Positions 31,637 through 43,588 of a DNA stretch of 64,000 bases are shown here, piece after piece; position 1 is the first letter of the stretch, and every line of letters starts with the position of its first letter. This DNA comes from an uncultured Verrucomicrobiae bacterium (lineage in GTDB: Bacteria; Verrucomicrobiota; Verrucomicrobiia; Chthoniobacterales; JAFAMB01). Both the position numbers and the translations under genes were made by a program. The notes beneath the pieces were generated by a model, which was not told where the DNA came from, searched no databases, and saw only the letters and a program-made list of their open reading frames with translations. Location: assembly GCA_963789065.1 (NCBI GenBank), contig CAWBKA010000014.1, forward strand, positions 114,171-178,170. The letters run 5' to 3'.

Positions 31637-32503
31637 AAAAGGCGGATCGCTCGCTTAGCCCCGGATTCCGCCGAAGCAATTTCGTAGGGCTGACGCCGGA
31701 ACCAGGTCATTTGGCGTTTCGCATAATTGTGGGTCTGTTGCTTAATTGCCTCCCTACAACTATCCGCTTCGATGGTTCCGGCGATCAATGAACGGATCAG
31801 TTTAAAACCAATGGCTTGAGAAGCGGTCGGTCCGATGGCTTCGACAGCGGCAACTTCTGCGACGACCCCCTGTTCAAACATCCGATCGACCCGTTGGCTG
31901 ATTCTCTCAAACAGGATCGCGCGAGGGCGCTCGAGGAATAGCCGGGGAATTGAAGGATCAGGAGTCGATTCTTCCAGAAAACTGGAGAATGGCTTTCCCG
32001 ACAGAATGCACACTTCCAGATGCCCGAATAATGCGCCGCCGGTTCTGCCGGTCGATTCGAGTCGAGGTCGGCGCATCCAGAGCATCCAGTTCGTTGAGAA
32101 GGTCCGCAGTGGAACGTTGATCCAGCTCTGCGCGGAGAGAAAAGTCTGCCGACGGCAGATCGGGAAGCGAGATTTCCAAGGCCCGGAGGTAGAATCCGGA
32201 ACCACCCACAACCAGCGGAACGATTCCTCGCTGATTCAGCCAGGCAATCGTTTGCCGGGCCATGACCGCGTATTTCTGTGCGTCGCAGGCCTCGGTTAAC
32301 GGCAGACTGCTCACCAGGTGGTGACGGATCGTGAGTAACTGCGAAGGGGTAGGCTTGCAGCTCAGGATGTCCAAACCCTGATAGATCTGGAAGGCGTCCG
32401 CTCCGACGATTTCGGTCGGTACGGTTTGTGCCACCTGGATGGCGACATCAGTCTTGCCAACGCCTGTTGCTCCGGCCAGGACCATATAGCTCAATCCTTC
32501 CAT
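31489..32503 (-). CDS. miaA: tRNA dimethylallyltransferase (frameshift near 32020; 3' end uncertain)
   Basis: GATGVGKT, DAFQIYQGLDI, VGGSGFY, QAIG and YAKRQMTWFR. Confidence 0.92.
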
Positions 32504-32572
32504 GGAATGCAAAAGACCCGCGCTCCACTGAAGAGAGCGCGGGTCATAGAAACTTCAGAGACTTTGATCGAA

Positions 32573-33072
32573 TCAGGCTGCCCGCTCCATATCCGGAGTC
32601 TTAGCACCGCTTACGACCAATTTTCGGCCGAGGAATTCTTTATCATGAAGTTCCTGAACAGCGCGGCGAGCTTCTTCGATGGTTGTCATCTGAACGAACG
32701 CAAAGCCCTTGGAGCGTTGTGTATACTTGTGACATACAACCTCAGCATTCCGAACTTGGCCTACACCGTTAAACAGTTCGAAAAGGTCACTTTCCGCAGC
32801 ATCGAACGATAAGTTGCCTACATACAGCTTAGGCGAGGTGACCTCTACAAGTTCAGGTTTCCGGCTGATTTTCTCTTTAGTCGTCGCGCTCGGCACTGGT
32901 TTCTCTCCAATTTCCGGAGCTGGCGGAGGCCGAACCCTTAAAAAACGCGACAATTCGCTGCCAAAAAGAGAGCTTAGGTTTGGGAGTCATTGAGAGTAGC
33001 TCCTCGACTTGGACGTCTGCGGCGTCCTCGACGAGATCGTCGTCCTGAGTAATGCATTGATTGGGATTTCAT
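32573..33072 (-). CDS. RRM RNA-binding protein with Arg-rich N-terminus (frameshifts in the N-terminal part)
   Basis: RNP2 KLYVGNL and RNP1 KGFAFVQM. Confidence 0.85.
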
Positions 33073-33464
33073 TTGAACACATTTCTGAAGTTCACCGGGT
33101 GAAGGGCATGCACTACGCACACTGAGAAAGAACAGTTTGGGCGGAAGTTAACCCTTAAAACCCAAGGCCTTCACCGCAACTTCCGGGAGCGCTCGAGCAC
33201 CTCGGAAGGTGAGCACAAATTTGGCCATCCCATGAACAGTCTACCGAAGTGTACTGGCCATTAAGGAAGAGCCTGAGACGATGCAGTGAATCTTGAACTG
33301 ATTCAGGGCCCACAACATCCTCAAGCCCGGGATCTCCCGTGTTACAAAGGAATATATAATCGACCTCCTCGAATCCGGCAACCATTTTGAATTTTGAGTT
33401 TTGCGTTTTGGGTCTTGCGTTTTGCGTTTTGATTTGCGGTAAGCCTCCGGCGGAAGCGCGAAGA

Positions 33465-33664
33465 AGCGAAATCTCGCACGGAGGACACGGTGATCACGGA
33501 GGGTATCAGAGAATTTATTTAGAGTTTGTTAGGGTTGTTCGGATGGATTGTGGCGAGGCACGGCTTAAAAGCGGCGTCAGAAGGATCGGTCAACAATTGC
33601 CAGTAACCTCCGTGATCTCCGTGTCCTCCGTGCGAGAATTTCCTATCTTCGCCTTTCTATTCGA
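33465..33664. repeat. MITE-like element with CTCGCACGGAGGACACGGnGATCACGGAGG inverted ends
   Basis: Inverted arms at about 33473-33503 and 33605-33636; related copies elsewhere in the window. Confidence 0.8.
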
Positions 33665-33762
33665 CTTATGGCGGCGCTAAACGCATACGTTCAGGAGAGC
33701 TTCGCGGCGCAAGATACCGGCGCACCGCTGAGCGAACACGCCGATAGGCCGACACGTTTCCC

Positions 33763-36700
33763 CTAAGCCTGCCTGCCGCAGCAGTTTTTATATTTCTTGC
33801 CGCTCCCGCACGGGCAAGGGTCGTTCCGACCCACTTTTGGAGATTCTCGCCGCACCGCGGGTATCACCAGTTCGAGTTCCTCGCCGTTGGTTTCGCTTCG
33901 ATCCTCGCGACCCAATCCGAGATTCTCTCGGCGCGGTAGCGGACCTGTTGGGGACTCGGTCTGGCTTTGACCCCTCAGGACGCTGAACGGTGTTGAAGGG
34001 AAGCGAAGAGAGGAACTGCTCGAACGCCATCAAATTCGTCGTGCTTCGGAACAGATTGGAAAGAACCTCGTTTTTGATGTTTGCCATCAAATGGCTGAAC
34101 ATGTCGTAAGCCTCAGCCTTATATTCCACCAGCGGGTCTTTCTGGCCGTAGCTTCGCAAATAGATGCCTTCCCGCAGACCGTCCATAGCATACAGGTGCT
34201 CCTGCCAGAGCCGATCGATCGCGTTCAGAATGATGTAGCGCTCCAGCCCGGCCACCGCCTCGGATTCCTCGTGACTGACCTTCTGCTGATAAGACTGCTT
34301 TATCCGGTCAACCAGAAACCGCGAATTTTCTTCTGCCGGCCGGGTTTCGAACTGGGCTGAAGTCTGGTTTAGACCCAAAGGGAATGTGGTGTTAACCCAT
34401 TGAAGTAGACCATCGTAGTCGGGTTCGCCGCCATCGGTCGGTTGCAGATACTCCATGGCCCTGAGAGGGACCACCTCGTCTACTATCTCGAAGATCAGCT
34501 TTCGCGGCTCGCTGGTTTCAAGGGTTTCATTGCGCAGGGTATAGACAACCTCGCGCTGCTTGTTCATAACGTCGTCAAAATCCAGCGTCCGCTTGCGGAT
34601 CAGATAATTTCGCTGCTCAACCCGCTTTTGAGCTGTTTCGACGCTTTTGTTCAGCCAGGGATGTTCGAGCTCCTCGCCGTCTTTTAGCCCGAATCTCTCC
34701 ATCATCGAGGTCATCTTTTCAGACGCGCCGAAATTTCGCATTAAATCATCTTCGAAGCTGACATAAAAGCGGGAGGAACCCGGGTCGCCTTGACGCGCGC
34801 AGCGGCCACGGAGTTGTCGATCAACGCGCCGCGATTCGTGACGCTCGGTGCCGAGGACATGAAGTCCGCCGAGATCGGGAACACCTTCGCCAAGTTTAAT
34901 GTCCGTCCCACGGCCAGCCATGTTCGTGGAAATCGTGACCGTACCACGCTGCCCCGCACGGGCCACGATCTCGGCTTCCTGCCGGTGATACTTCGCGTTG
35001 AGGACATTGTGCGGAATCTTTTCCCGCTTCAACATCCGGCTTAACAGTTCAGACGCCTCGACGCTGGCAGTGCCGACCAGAGCCGGTTGGCCCTTGGCGT
35101 AGCAAGCCTTGATTTCATCGACCGCCGCGCTGTATTTCTCCCGTCGGGTCTTGTAGATGCGGTCGTTGTTGTCATCGCGAATAACCGGACGATTCGTCGG
35201 GATGACGACAACGTCGAGCTTGTAGATGTCGTGGAACTCGTTGGCCTCGGTTTCGGCAGTGCCAGTCATGCCCGCCAACTTATGGTAGAGGCGGAAGTAA
35301 TTTTGAATAGTGATCGTGGCCAGCGTTTGAGTTTCGCGGTCGATCTGAACTCCTTCCTTCGCTTCGACAGCCTGATGCAATCCATCGCTCCAGCGCCGTC
35401 CCGGCATCTTCCGTCCAGTGTGCTCATCGACGATGAGGACTTTATTTTCCTCGACGACATAATCGACATCTTTCTCGAACAGACAGTAAGCACGAAGGAG
35501 TTGTGAAATATTGTGAATGCGTTCGGCCTGACTGTCACAGTGCTGCTGGCGAACCCTTTTGGCTTCATCCTTGCCCGACTGATCCAGGTGCGGATCCAAG
35601 TCGATTTCGGTGAATTCGGTGATCAGGTCGGGCAAAACGAAGGCGTTCAGGTCATCCGGATTCAGGAACGAGCGGCCCAGTTCGGAGAGATCTGAATCCT
35701 GATGTCTTTCATCGATGGTGAAATAGAGCTCCTCTTTCAAGGCTACCAGCTCTTCCTTTCTCGAATCCTGGTAAAATGAAAGTTCAGATTTGTCGATGGC
35801 CTTGCGATTCTCGGGATCTTCCATCAGCCGTAACAGACCTTTGTTCCGAGGCTGACCGAGCTTAACCTTGAAAAGCAGTCTTCCCGATTCCTCGGCCTGG
35901 CCCTTTTCCAACAATTCTTTCGCCTCCGAAACCAATCGATTGCACAACATCGTTTGCTTTCGGACCAGCTGCTCGACCAGCGGCTTAAACTTGTCGTATT
36001 GGTGGGAAGAGACCGTTGCTGGCCCGCTGATGATCAGCGGTGTCCGAGCTTCGTCGATCAGGATGGAGTCAACTTCGTCAACGATCGCGTAGTAATGGCC
36101 TCGCTGAACTTGCTGGTCCTTGGTGGTCGCCATCCCGTTATCACGAAGGTAATCGAACCCGAATTCACTGTTCGTTCCGTACGTGACATCGCAATCGTAT
36201 TGCTCCTTTCGCACCGACGGTGACTGGTCGTGCTGGATGCATCCAACAGTGAGCCCGAGAAGTTTGTAGATCTCACCCATCCATTCGGCGTCACGGCGAG
36301 CCAGATAATCGTTCACGGTCACCAGGTGGACACCGCGGCCGGTCAAAGCGTTGAGATAAATCGGGCAGGTCGCGACGAGCGTTTTGCCCTCGCCGGTTGC
36401 CATCTCGGCAATCTTGCCTTCGTGCAGCACAGCCCCGCCGATGAGCTGGACGTCGAAGTGAATCATATTCCAGTCGATCGGCTGATCACAAACTACGATA
36501 GTCTTGCCACAGAGCCGACGAGCCGCGTTCTTTACCACGGCGAATGCCTCGGGCAGGATCTCGCTCAGACGACGCTTCAGCTCGTCCGGATCATCGATCT
36601 TCGCCAGATCCTTTTTCCACTGGGCTGTCTTTTCTCGCAGTTGATCTTCCGTGAGGGACTGAAATTGCTGTTCCAACAGGTTGATCTTTTCGATTAGCGG

Positions 36701-36766
36701 CCGGATCCGTCTGACCTCCCGCTGGTTCTTAGAACCCAGAACCTTTCTTAAAATCCAACTAACCAT
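33763..36766 (-). CDS. secA: Preprotein translocase SecA (frameshift near the C-terminus; SEC-C motif in a shifted frame)
   Basis: [38 protein letters not shown] and [19 protein letters not shown]. Confidence 0.98.
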
Positions 36767-36778
36767 ACAAATTTCCTT

Positions 36779-37345
36779 CTATTTGCTTCCAGGTCGCTGC
36801 GCCGGGATCGCCGCGAGGTCAGGAGGAAGCATGTCAGGCTCGAATGTCTCCACGCGGAGCTTAGCAAGACTCACGAATTTGCATCCAAAATCCGGCGATC
36901 GATTGCCGCTCCGATCCAGCAGGCAGCCCACCGCGACAGCTTTTCCACCAAAACTATTGACGATATCGATTGTCTCCAGAACTTTCGTGCCGCGGGTAAC
37001 GACATCTTCGGCCACGATGAATCGCTCGCCCGGCAAAATTTTGAATCCCCGTCGCAAAGTTAATTTCCCATCCTGCTTCTCGGCGAAAATGTGGCGCTTA
37101 CCGAGCGTCCGGCCAACTTCTTGTCCAACGATTATCCCGCCCATGGCCGGCGAAATGACGGCATCGCATTCTACGTCCGCGAGTTTTCCCGCCAGATCGC
37201 GGCAGATCTCCGTCGCGATATCGGTGTATTGCAGGACCATAGCGCACTGGAAGTACTGCCGGCTGTGCAGACCTGAGCTGAGAACGAAATGCCCATTTAA
37301 TAATGCACCCGTTTTCTCGAACGTTTCTAAAATCGATTGAGCCAC
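36779..37345 (-). CDS. pyrE: Orotate phosphoribosyltransferase
   Basis: GHFVLSSGLHS and the VAEDVVTRG PRPP motif. Confidence 0.93.
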   Translation of the reverse strand: MAQSILETFEKTGALLNGHFVLSSGLHSRQYFQCAMVLQYTDIATEICRDLAGKLADVECDAVISPAMGGIIVGQEVGRTLGKRHIFAEKQDGKLTLRRGFKILPGERFIVAEDVVTRGTKVLETIDIVNSFGGKAVAVGCLLDRSGNRSPDFGCKFVSLAKLRVETFEPDMLPPDLAAIPAQRPGSK

Positions 37346-37351
37346 GTCTGT

Positions 37352-37735
37352 CTAAGAAGGTTTTACGGCAATTGCCTCGATTTCTACGTTAGCACCCTTC
37401 GGCAGAGCCGCGACCTGGATTGTTGAGCGGGCGGGGGATTGGCGCGGGAAATACCGCCCGTACACCAGGTTCATCTCATCAAATTTTGCCAGATCGGTCA
37501 TAAATACGGTTGTCTTAACCACATTCTCCAATCCGATCCCCTCCGCGCCAAGAACCGCGGCGATGTTTTGCAGGACGCGCTCCGTCTGTCGAGAAATGTC
37601 GTCGCCAGCTAATTTACCTGTCGCAGGATCCAGCGGAATCTGACCGGAACAAAATACAAGGGAACCGACCGCAATGCCTTGAGAGTACGGGCCGATCGCG
37701 GCGGGTGCTTCGGCTGTCGAAATCACCTTCTTCAT
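37352..37735 (-). CDS. ridA: RidA/YjgF family enamine deaminase
   Basis: APAAIGPYSQG, SGQIP, PARS and VEIEAIA. Confidence 0.93.
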   Translation of the reverse strand: MKKVISTAEAPAAIGPYSQGIAVGSLVFCSGQIPLDPATGKLAGDDISRQTERVLQNIAAVLGAEGIGLENVVKTTVFMTDLAKFDEMNLVYGRYFPRQSPARSTIQVAALPKGANVEIEAIAVKPS

Positions 37736-37798
37736 GAGAAGCGTTGAAGGGTACCCAGCCCGACGGACATGTCAACTCCCCTTGACCGTCGTGGGAAA

Positions 37799-37899
37799 GG
37801 TTTTGAGTTTTGAGTCTTGGGTTTTGAGTTTTGCGTTGTGAGTGGTCCTTAGCGGCTAGCCGCACTCAAACGCAAAACCCAAAACTCAAAACGCAAAAC
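37799..37899. repeat. Inverted pair of degenerate heptamer tracts (GTTTTGA)n ... (CAAAACN)n
   Basis: Read directly. Same family at 11196-11236, 33385-33435, 46958-46983 and 47178-47213. Confidence 0.9.
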
Positions 37900-37911
37900 C
37901 TTCCCCCTCTA

Positions 37912-39003
37912 CTACTGCCGGGAGTTTAACTTTTCGGTCAGGATCGCAACTTGTTGTTTCAAATCCTTTAACTCTTTGATGACTTTCGGGAGACGTTTAA
38001 TGTTCAACTGTTGCACGAGGAAATCTCGTTTTGTTTCTGCAGGAGAACCGATAACGATCGCTCGCGCCGGCACATGATTGGTGATCCCGGCCTGGCCTTG
38101 AATGATCGCGTCATCTCCAATGGTCAATTGGTCGGGTAAGCCGGCCTGACCGCCGACGACCGCGCGATGGCCAACTTTTGAGCTGCCCCCAAGGCCGACC
38201 TGCGCAACAATCAGACAGTTTGTACCGATCGTCACGTTGTGGCCGACCTGGACCAGATTGTCCAGCTTGGAGCCTCGGCCCACGCGGGTCTCTCCCAGCG
38301 TGCCCCGGTCGACGCAGGTACCCGCACCGATCTCGACGTCGTCCTCGATTACCACAAATCCGATCGAGTTGATTCTGACCAGTTCGTTATTGAAGCTTCT
38401 GACCTCTCCAGTTGCCCGGGCTGACTCGATGCTGCCTGGCTCGGGCGTCACGTAGGCGAAACCATCTCCGCCGATGGTCGCGTTCGGTTGGATGATGACC
38501 CGGTTCCCGATCCGAGAGCGATCGCCGATGCAAACGCCCGCGTGCAAAAGGGTGTTTTCACCGATTTCCACCTCGGCACCGATACTTATATGGGATACGA
38601 GTCTGGAATGATCGCCAATTCGAGTTTCAGGACCGATCCAGCAGAACGGTCCAATTGAGACCTGGCGGCCGATCTTCGCGGTCGGATCAATTACAGCGCT
38701 CGGATGCACCCCGGGAAACACATGGACCGGCCGTTCAAAGAGCTCCAATAACCTGGCCAGAACCAACCTCGGCCGGCTGACAATGATTTGATTCGCCGTT
38801 AGACCGGTTTCGATTCCCTCGGGCAGCACTGCGTTCTTAATCTTGCCTGAGGCGAGAAGCGGGGCGATTTTCGGGGAAAGCACCAGAGCCAGATCGAAGT
38901 CGTCCTGAGCCAGGGCAGGGTGTATGAGGCGCTTTATCGGTATCGAGGCGTCGCCTCTTAATTGGCCCCCCACGTAAGTGGCGATCTCACCCAAGGTCTT
39001 CAT
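37912..39003 (-). CDS. lpxD: UDP-3-O-acyl-glucosamine N-acyltransferase
   Basis: Hexapeptide repeats, IGGDGFAY, DDVEIGAGTCVDRG and KLDNLVQVGHNV. Confidence 0.94.
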   Translation of the reverse strand: MKTLGEIATYVGGQLRGDASIPIKRLIHPALAQDDFDLALVLSPKIAPLLASGKIKNAVLPEGIETGLTANQIIVSRPRLVLARLLELFERPVHVFPGVHPSAVIDPTAKIGRQVSIGPFCWIGPETRIGDHSRLVSHISIGAEVEIGENTLLHAGVCIGDRSRIGNRVIIQPNATIGGDGFAYVTPEPGSIESARATGEVRSFNNELVRINSIGFVVIEDDVEIGAGTCVDRGTLGETRVGRGSKLDNLVQVGHNVTIGTNCLIVAQVGLGGSSKVGHRAVVGGQAGLPDQLTIGDDAIIQGQAGITNHVPARAIVIGSPAETKRDFLVQQLNIKRLPKVIKELKDLKQQVAILTEKLNSRQ

Positions 39004-39416
39004 CGGGTGGCCTTTCCGAGCTCGAGTATCGTCTCGAATTCGTCCTTTGTAAGTTTCATGACAGATAACCTCGAATTCCTCAGCAAGGGAATGTTGACCA
39101 GCCGCGCCTCGCTTTTGATCTGGTCAACTTTTACGGCCGGTTGAAGCGCTTTCACCGGTTTGAGTTCGACCGCGGACCAGTCACCTTCGGCAGCAGTAGG
39201 GTCGCGGAAAGCTTCCTTTGTGACCTTCGCAATTCCGACAACGGCTTTCCCGTTGACGCTGTGGTAATAGAGGACCGGATCGTCAACTTTCATCGAACGC
39301 AAATTGTTCCTTGCCTGAAAATTTCGGACGCCGGTCCAATCCGTCTTTCCGTCTGCCACGAATTGGTCCCAGGAATAGGCGGTAGGTTCCTGCTTAACTA
39401 GCCAGTATTGCGACAT
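39000..39416 (-). CDS. EVE domain protein
   Basis: YWLVKQEP, WTGVRNFQARN, LYYHS and SRLSV. Confidence 0.92.
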   Translation of the reverse strand: MSQYWLVKQEPTAYSWDQFVADGKTDWTGVRNFQARNNLRSMKVDDPVLYYHSVNGKAVVGIAKVTKEAFRDPTAAEGDWSAVELKPVKALQPAVKVDQIKSEARLVNIPLLRNSRLSVMKLTKDEFETILELGKATR

Positions 39417-39460
39417 GACGCAGCGATAACACGTAGAATAGAAAATGAGAAGAGAGAAGA

Positions 39461-39742
39461 AAGTAGTCAGTAGCCGGTAGCCAGTAGCCAGTAGCCAGTA
39501 GCCGGTAGCCGGTAGCCGGTAGCCAGTAGCCAGTAGCCAGTAGCCAGTAGCCGGTAGCCGGTAGCCGGTAGCCAGTAGCCAGTAGCCAGTAGCCAGTAGC
39601 CAGTAGCCAGTAGCCAGTGAGTCGCCAGTAGCCAGTAGCCAGTAGCCAGTAGCCAGTAGCCAGTAGCCAGTAGCCAGTAGCCAGTAGCCAGTAGCCAGTA
39701 GCCAGTAGCCAGTAGCCAGTAGCCAGTAGCCAAGTAGCCAAG
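39461..39742 (+). repeat. Heptamer array (AGTAGCC/GGTAGCC), about 38 copies; inverted partner tract at 40137-40189
   Basis: Read directly. Confidence 0.97.
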
Positions 39743-40128
39743 TAGGAGGTAGCCGAGCGGCCCCGACCTCGAGTGGCAAGCGACGCGCTGCGGCGTGGAA
39801 CGTCTGATAAGCTTCCTTTCGCTGGTTTTGCCACTGGCAACCATCTAACCTCGATCCCTTTTCGCGCGTGGACGCGCGAGAGCGCGTCCCGTACCGCACC
39901 AAACGCGCAACCATGCCAGAAGAAGTAGTCAGTAGCCAGTAACCAAGTAGGAGGTAGCCGAGAGGACCCGACCTTGAGTGGCAAGCGACGCGCTGCGGCG
40001 TGGAACGTCTGATAAGCTTCCTTTCGCTGATTTTGCCACTGGCAACCTTCTAAGCTCGATCCACTTTTCGCGCGCGGACTTGCGGGAGCGCGTCCCGTAC
40101 CGCACCAAACGCGCAATCATGCCAGAAG
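39736..40128 (+). repeat. Two direct copies of a ~187-bp non-coding module, each ending in a REP-like hairpin
   Basis: 39736-39921 versus 39941-40128, highly similar. Confidence 0.93.
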
Positions 40129-40220
40129 CTTGGACCACTACTGGCTACTGGCTACTTGGCCACTTGACTACTTGACTACTTGACTACTCGCCTTCTTGCC
40201 TTCTGATTTACCGCCTAGTC

Positions 40221-40853
40221 ATGCCCGGCCTGTTTATCACTTTCGAAGGAGGCGAAGCGTCTGGAAAATCGACCCAGGTAAAGCGTTTGGAGCGTCGGTT
40301 GGAATTAAGCGGCCGCAAGGTACTAACCGTGCACGAACCGGGCTACACGCAGATTGGATCGGCCATCCGGCAACTCCTCCTGCACGCGAATGAGGGTAGC
40401 TTCATGCGGGCTGAAACGGAATTGTTGCTATTCGCGGCCAGTCGCGCTCAACTGGTTGGCGAAGTAATCCGGCCCGCCCTGGAGAAAGGCTCAGTTGTCG
40501 TATCGGACCGCTTCTACGATTCAACCACGGTTTACCAGGGAATTGGCCGAGGGTTGGATATGGCATTTATCAAGTCGTTGAACGAATTCGCGGTTCGAGC
40601 GTGTCATCCTGACCGTACATTCCTGCTAGACCTTGAGGTCGATGACTCACGCGTGCGCCAGATGCGCAGGGTACGTCCCGTCGGCCAGGATAGAATGGAG
40701 CGGCTCACGAAGGATTTTTACGAACGGGTTCGCTCAGGCTATCTGGAAATAGCGCGCGAGGAACCGGATCGAGTAAAAGTAATTGACGCTTCGCAAAGCG
40801 AAGATGAAGTGGAGGAAGCGATTTGGAGCGCATTGGATGGCCTTCACACTTGA
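40221..40853 (+). CDS. tmk: Thymidylate kinase
   Basis: FITFEGGEASGKSTQ, HEPG and SDRFYDSTTVYQG. Confidence 0.96.
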   Translation: MPGLFITFEGGEASGKSTQVKRLERRLELSGRKVLTVHEPGYTQIGSAIRQLLLHANEGSFMRAETELLLFAASRAQLVGEVIRPALEKGSVVVSDRFYDSTTVYQGIGRGLDMAFIKSLNEFAVRACHPDRTFLLDLEVDDSRVRQMRRVRPVGQDRMERLTKDFYERVRSGYLEIAREEPDRVKVIDASQSEDEVEEAIWSALDGLHT

Positions 40854-41843
40854 CCAGGCTCTAGGCTATCTCAGGGATGCGAATTCCCATGGCAGACTTG
40901 CTCACGCTTTTTTGTTCTCGGGGCCGGACGGGAGCGGCAAACGGCAGCTCGTCTCCGATTTTTTTTCGCTGAGATAAACGCGGAGAAATCCGATAAGGCT
41001 GACATTCACGAGATCGAGCCAGAATCCAAATCCCGGAAGATTCTTGTCGAACAGATTCGGGCTTTGGAAAGCTCTCTCCGGATGCGCGCAACTCGGGCCA
41101 AGACGAAGTTTGGAGTGATTTATGAGGCTGATCGACTGATGCCTCAAGCCGCGAACGCTTTTTTGAAAACGCTGGAGGAGCCGCCGGATCATTCGGTGCT
41201 CATTCTAGTGTCTGCGCTTCCGGAGGCATTATTGGACACAATTCGTTCTCGCTGTATCGAGGTTCAACTGCGCGCTGCCGGCCAGAAAACACTGACGGCA
41301 GAGGAAGCGGAACTGCTGGCGGAATTGTCCGAGATCGTCGGAGCCGAGGGATTTTCGGTCTTTACAGCGCTGAAATTGGCGCGGGTATTCCGGGAGGCAT
41401 TGGGAAAAGTGCGAGACAGGATCGAAACTGAGCACGGCGACCTGCTGACCAAGCGATCGAATCGGCTTACAAGCAGACGACGGATGGCGCATGGCTCGAT
41501 CAGCGAGAGGATCGTCTGTCCGCTTTAACGGAGAGCAGATATGTGAAGGCGCGAGGAGAATCTGGTTCTGAGAATGATCGAGTGGTTTGGTGACGCGTTG
41601 CGCGTCAAACACGAAAGTCCGTTTTTGGATCTGATGGACTATCGAGCGGCTGTCACCGCTCTCGCGGGAAAGATTTCTACTTTTGAGCTGTTGAAAGGAC
41701 TTGGCGCCCTCCAGTCCCTCTTAATGCCCTTTCGAAAAACGTACATGAAGCGCTGGCTGTGGAGGCCGTCTTCCTGGTGGCGTTCGGGCCGGTCGACAAA
41801 GAAACCCAACGGAGACCTTGCCATAGGCCGAATCGCTCGGTAA
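40837..41843 (+). CDS. holB: DNA polymerase III delta-prime subunit (several frameshifts)
   Basis: RLAHAFLFSGPDGSGK, AANAFLKTLEEPP and TIRSRC; follows tmk. Confidence 0.9.
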
Positions 41844-41858
41844 AAAGGGGTTCCCGTT

Positions 41859-42359
41859 ATGCAGCTCTTCCTGTTACGTCACGCCGAGGCTGAACCCTAC
41901 GCAGCCAGCGATGAGAAGCGGACTCTAACCGAAAAAGGCTCGAAGCAAGCCGAGAGCGTCGGCAAGTTTTGTCTCGAGAAGATTTCATTCCGGAGATGAT
42001 TATATCGAGTCCGCTTGTCAGAGCGGAAGAAACAGCGCGACTCGTTGCCCGCGAACTCAATCTGCCGAAGATCGTCAAGATCGCGGACTTTTTGCGGGCT
42101 GGTATGACCTCAGATCGAGCTTTCTCGGGCATTCGTGAGTTGTTGATCGATCTACATGAAGCGGGAGAAATACTCAGATAAGGTCGAGCGTTATGTTGGT
42201 GGGTCACGAACCAGATTTCAGCAATCTGGCTGGGGCGTTGATCGGGGCCGCGCCGGGAATGTCCATTTTCGAAAAGCGACGCTGATGGGATTGACTCTCC
42301 AGGAGTTGAAACCGGGTACTGGGACGATTGAGTTTCTCATACCGGTCAAATGCTTGTGA
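41859..42359 (+). CDS. sixA: SixA-like phosphohistidine phosphatase (frameshifts)
   Basis: LFLLRHAEA, SSPLVRAEETA and VGHEPD across frames. Confidence 0.85.
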
Positions 42360-42771
42360 GGCATTTGGCGTTTAAGTTCACCGTTCACCGTTTGGCGTTT
42401 GGCGATTCATCTCTCGCTCTTTCGGTATGCGCGGTAGGGTTGCGCTCCCGCGCGACCGGTGTGGCAAGTCTCGACGCCTCCGAAACCCTACTTCCCGCGT
42501 TCTTGCCCGTTTGGATGTTTTATTTTATAGACGTGCCACGCCGGACGCGCGCGCATCCCTCCAGTCAAGCGCCGGCGCCCGTCAAACCCCGCGCCCGCCG
42601 AACGCCGAACGCCGAACGCCAAACGCCAAACGCCAAACGCCAAACGCCAAACGCCAAACGCCGAACGCCAACGCCAAACGCCAAAACGCTCCGACGCTGA
42701 CACGCGGGTCAAGTCGTGGTACGGTCGCCGAATGGGAATGTCACCTGCAGGTTTCGCGCTGAGCGAGCTAA

Positions 42772-43319
42772 GTGAAGTTGTTCGGACGATGTAATCCGAA
42801 CTTCGAAGCTATGCGGGCGATCTCGTGGCAAGTCGAAGGTCCGGTGGGTGAAAGTTGGCGACAGTGGTTGGAAGATCTGTTTGAACCGGTGCTGCTGCCA
42901 CACCTTTGGAGAGTAATCGATTTGTCGGCTCGTCAATCTGCCAGAGAGATCATCGTGCTGGATGCGGAGCTGGACCGGAGCATGAAGCCTTGGTCGCGGC
43001 AGCGGCAGCGTTGACGCAGGCCAGCCTCTTATTGCAGGAAAGCACACCGCGCGGTGAGCGGCTGATGGCCAAGCTGCAGGAGGCGATTCACGCCGGCGTG
43101 GCCTATGGGCATTTCGCGACTTTGTACGGCGTCAGGTGTGCCGCATTTTCAATTCCGGTCAGGGCCGCGATCCTTGGTTATTTGCTGCAGGAACTTGTCA
43201 TCGGAGCGCCTAATGAGACTGGACAGGTAAAATTGCTTGAATCGTCCGTGGAATCGGTAAACGAGTTCTTGCGTATATCCTCCAATGGACTGAATGAGGG
43301 TTTACGCTTCCATGGCTGA
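42772..43319 (+). CDS. UreF-like helical protein (frameshift near 43010)
   Basis: ...LDAELD... and GHFATLYGV.CAAF segments resemble the UreF family; no urease genes nearby. Confidence 0.45.
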
Positions 43320-43587
43320 AACAGTTGCTGAACCGAAGGTTGAGATCTCACTCGGAATTCCGTGGAACGTTGTGGTGCACAACGACCCGGTGAATCTGAT
43401 GAGCTACGTCACGATGGTTTTTCAGAGGGTCTTTGGGTTCTCTAAGGCGAAGGCGCAGCAGCATATGCTGGAAGTCCACTATAAGGGCCGATCAATCGTT
43501 TGGACCGGCACGCGGGAACGCGCAGAGTTTTACGTCCAGCAGCTTCATGGCTATTTGTTGCTGGCAACCTTGGAGAAAACAGAGTGA
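43312..43587 (+). CDS. clpS: ATP-dependent Clp protease adaptor ClpS
   Basis: VVVHNDPVNLMSYV and MLEVHYKGRSIV. Confidence 0.93.
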   Translation: MAETVAEPKVEISLGIPWNVVVHNDPVNLMSYVTMVFQRVFGFSKAKAQQHMLEVHYKGRSIVWTGTRERAEFYVQQLHGYLLLATLEKTE

Positions 43588-43588
43588 A

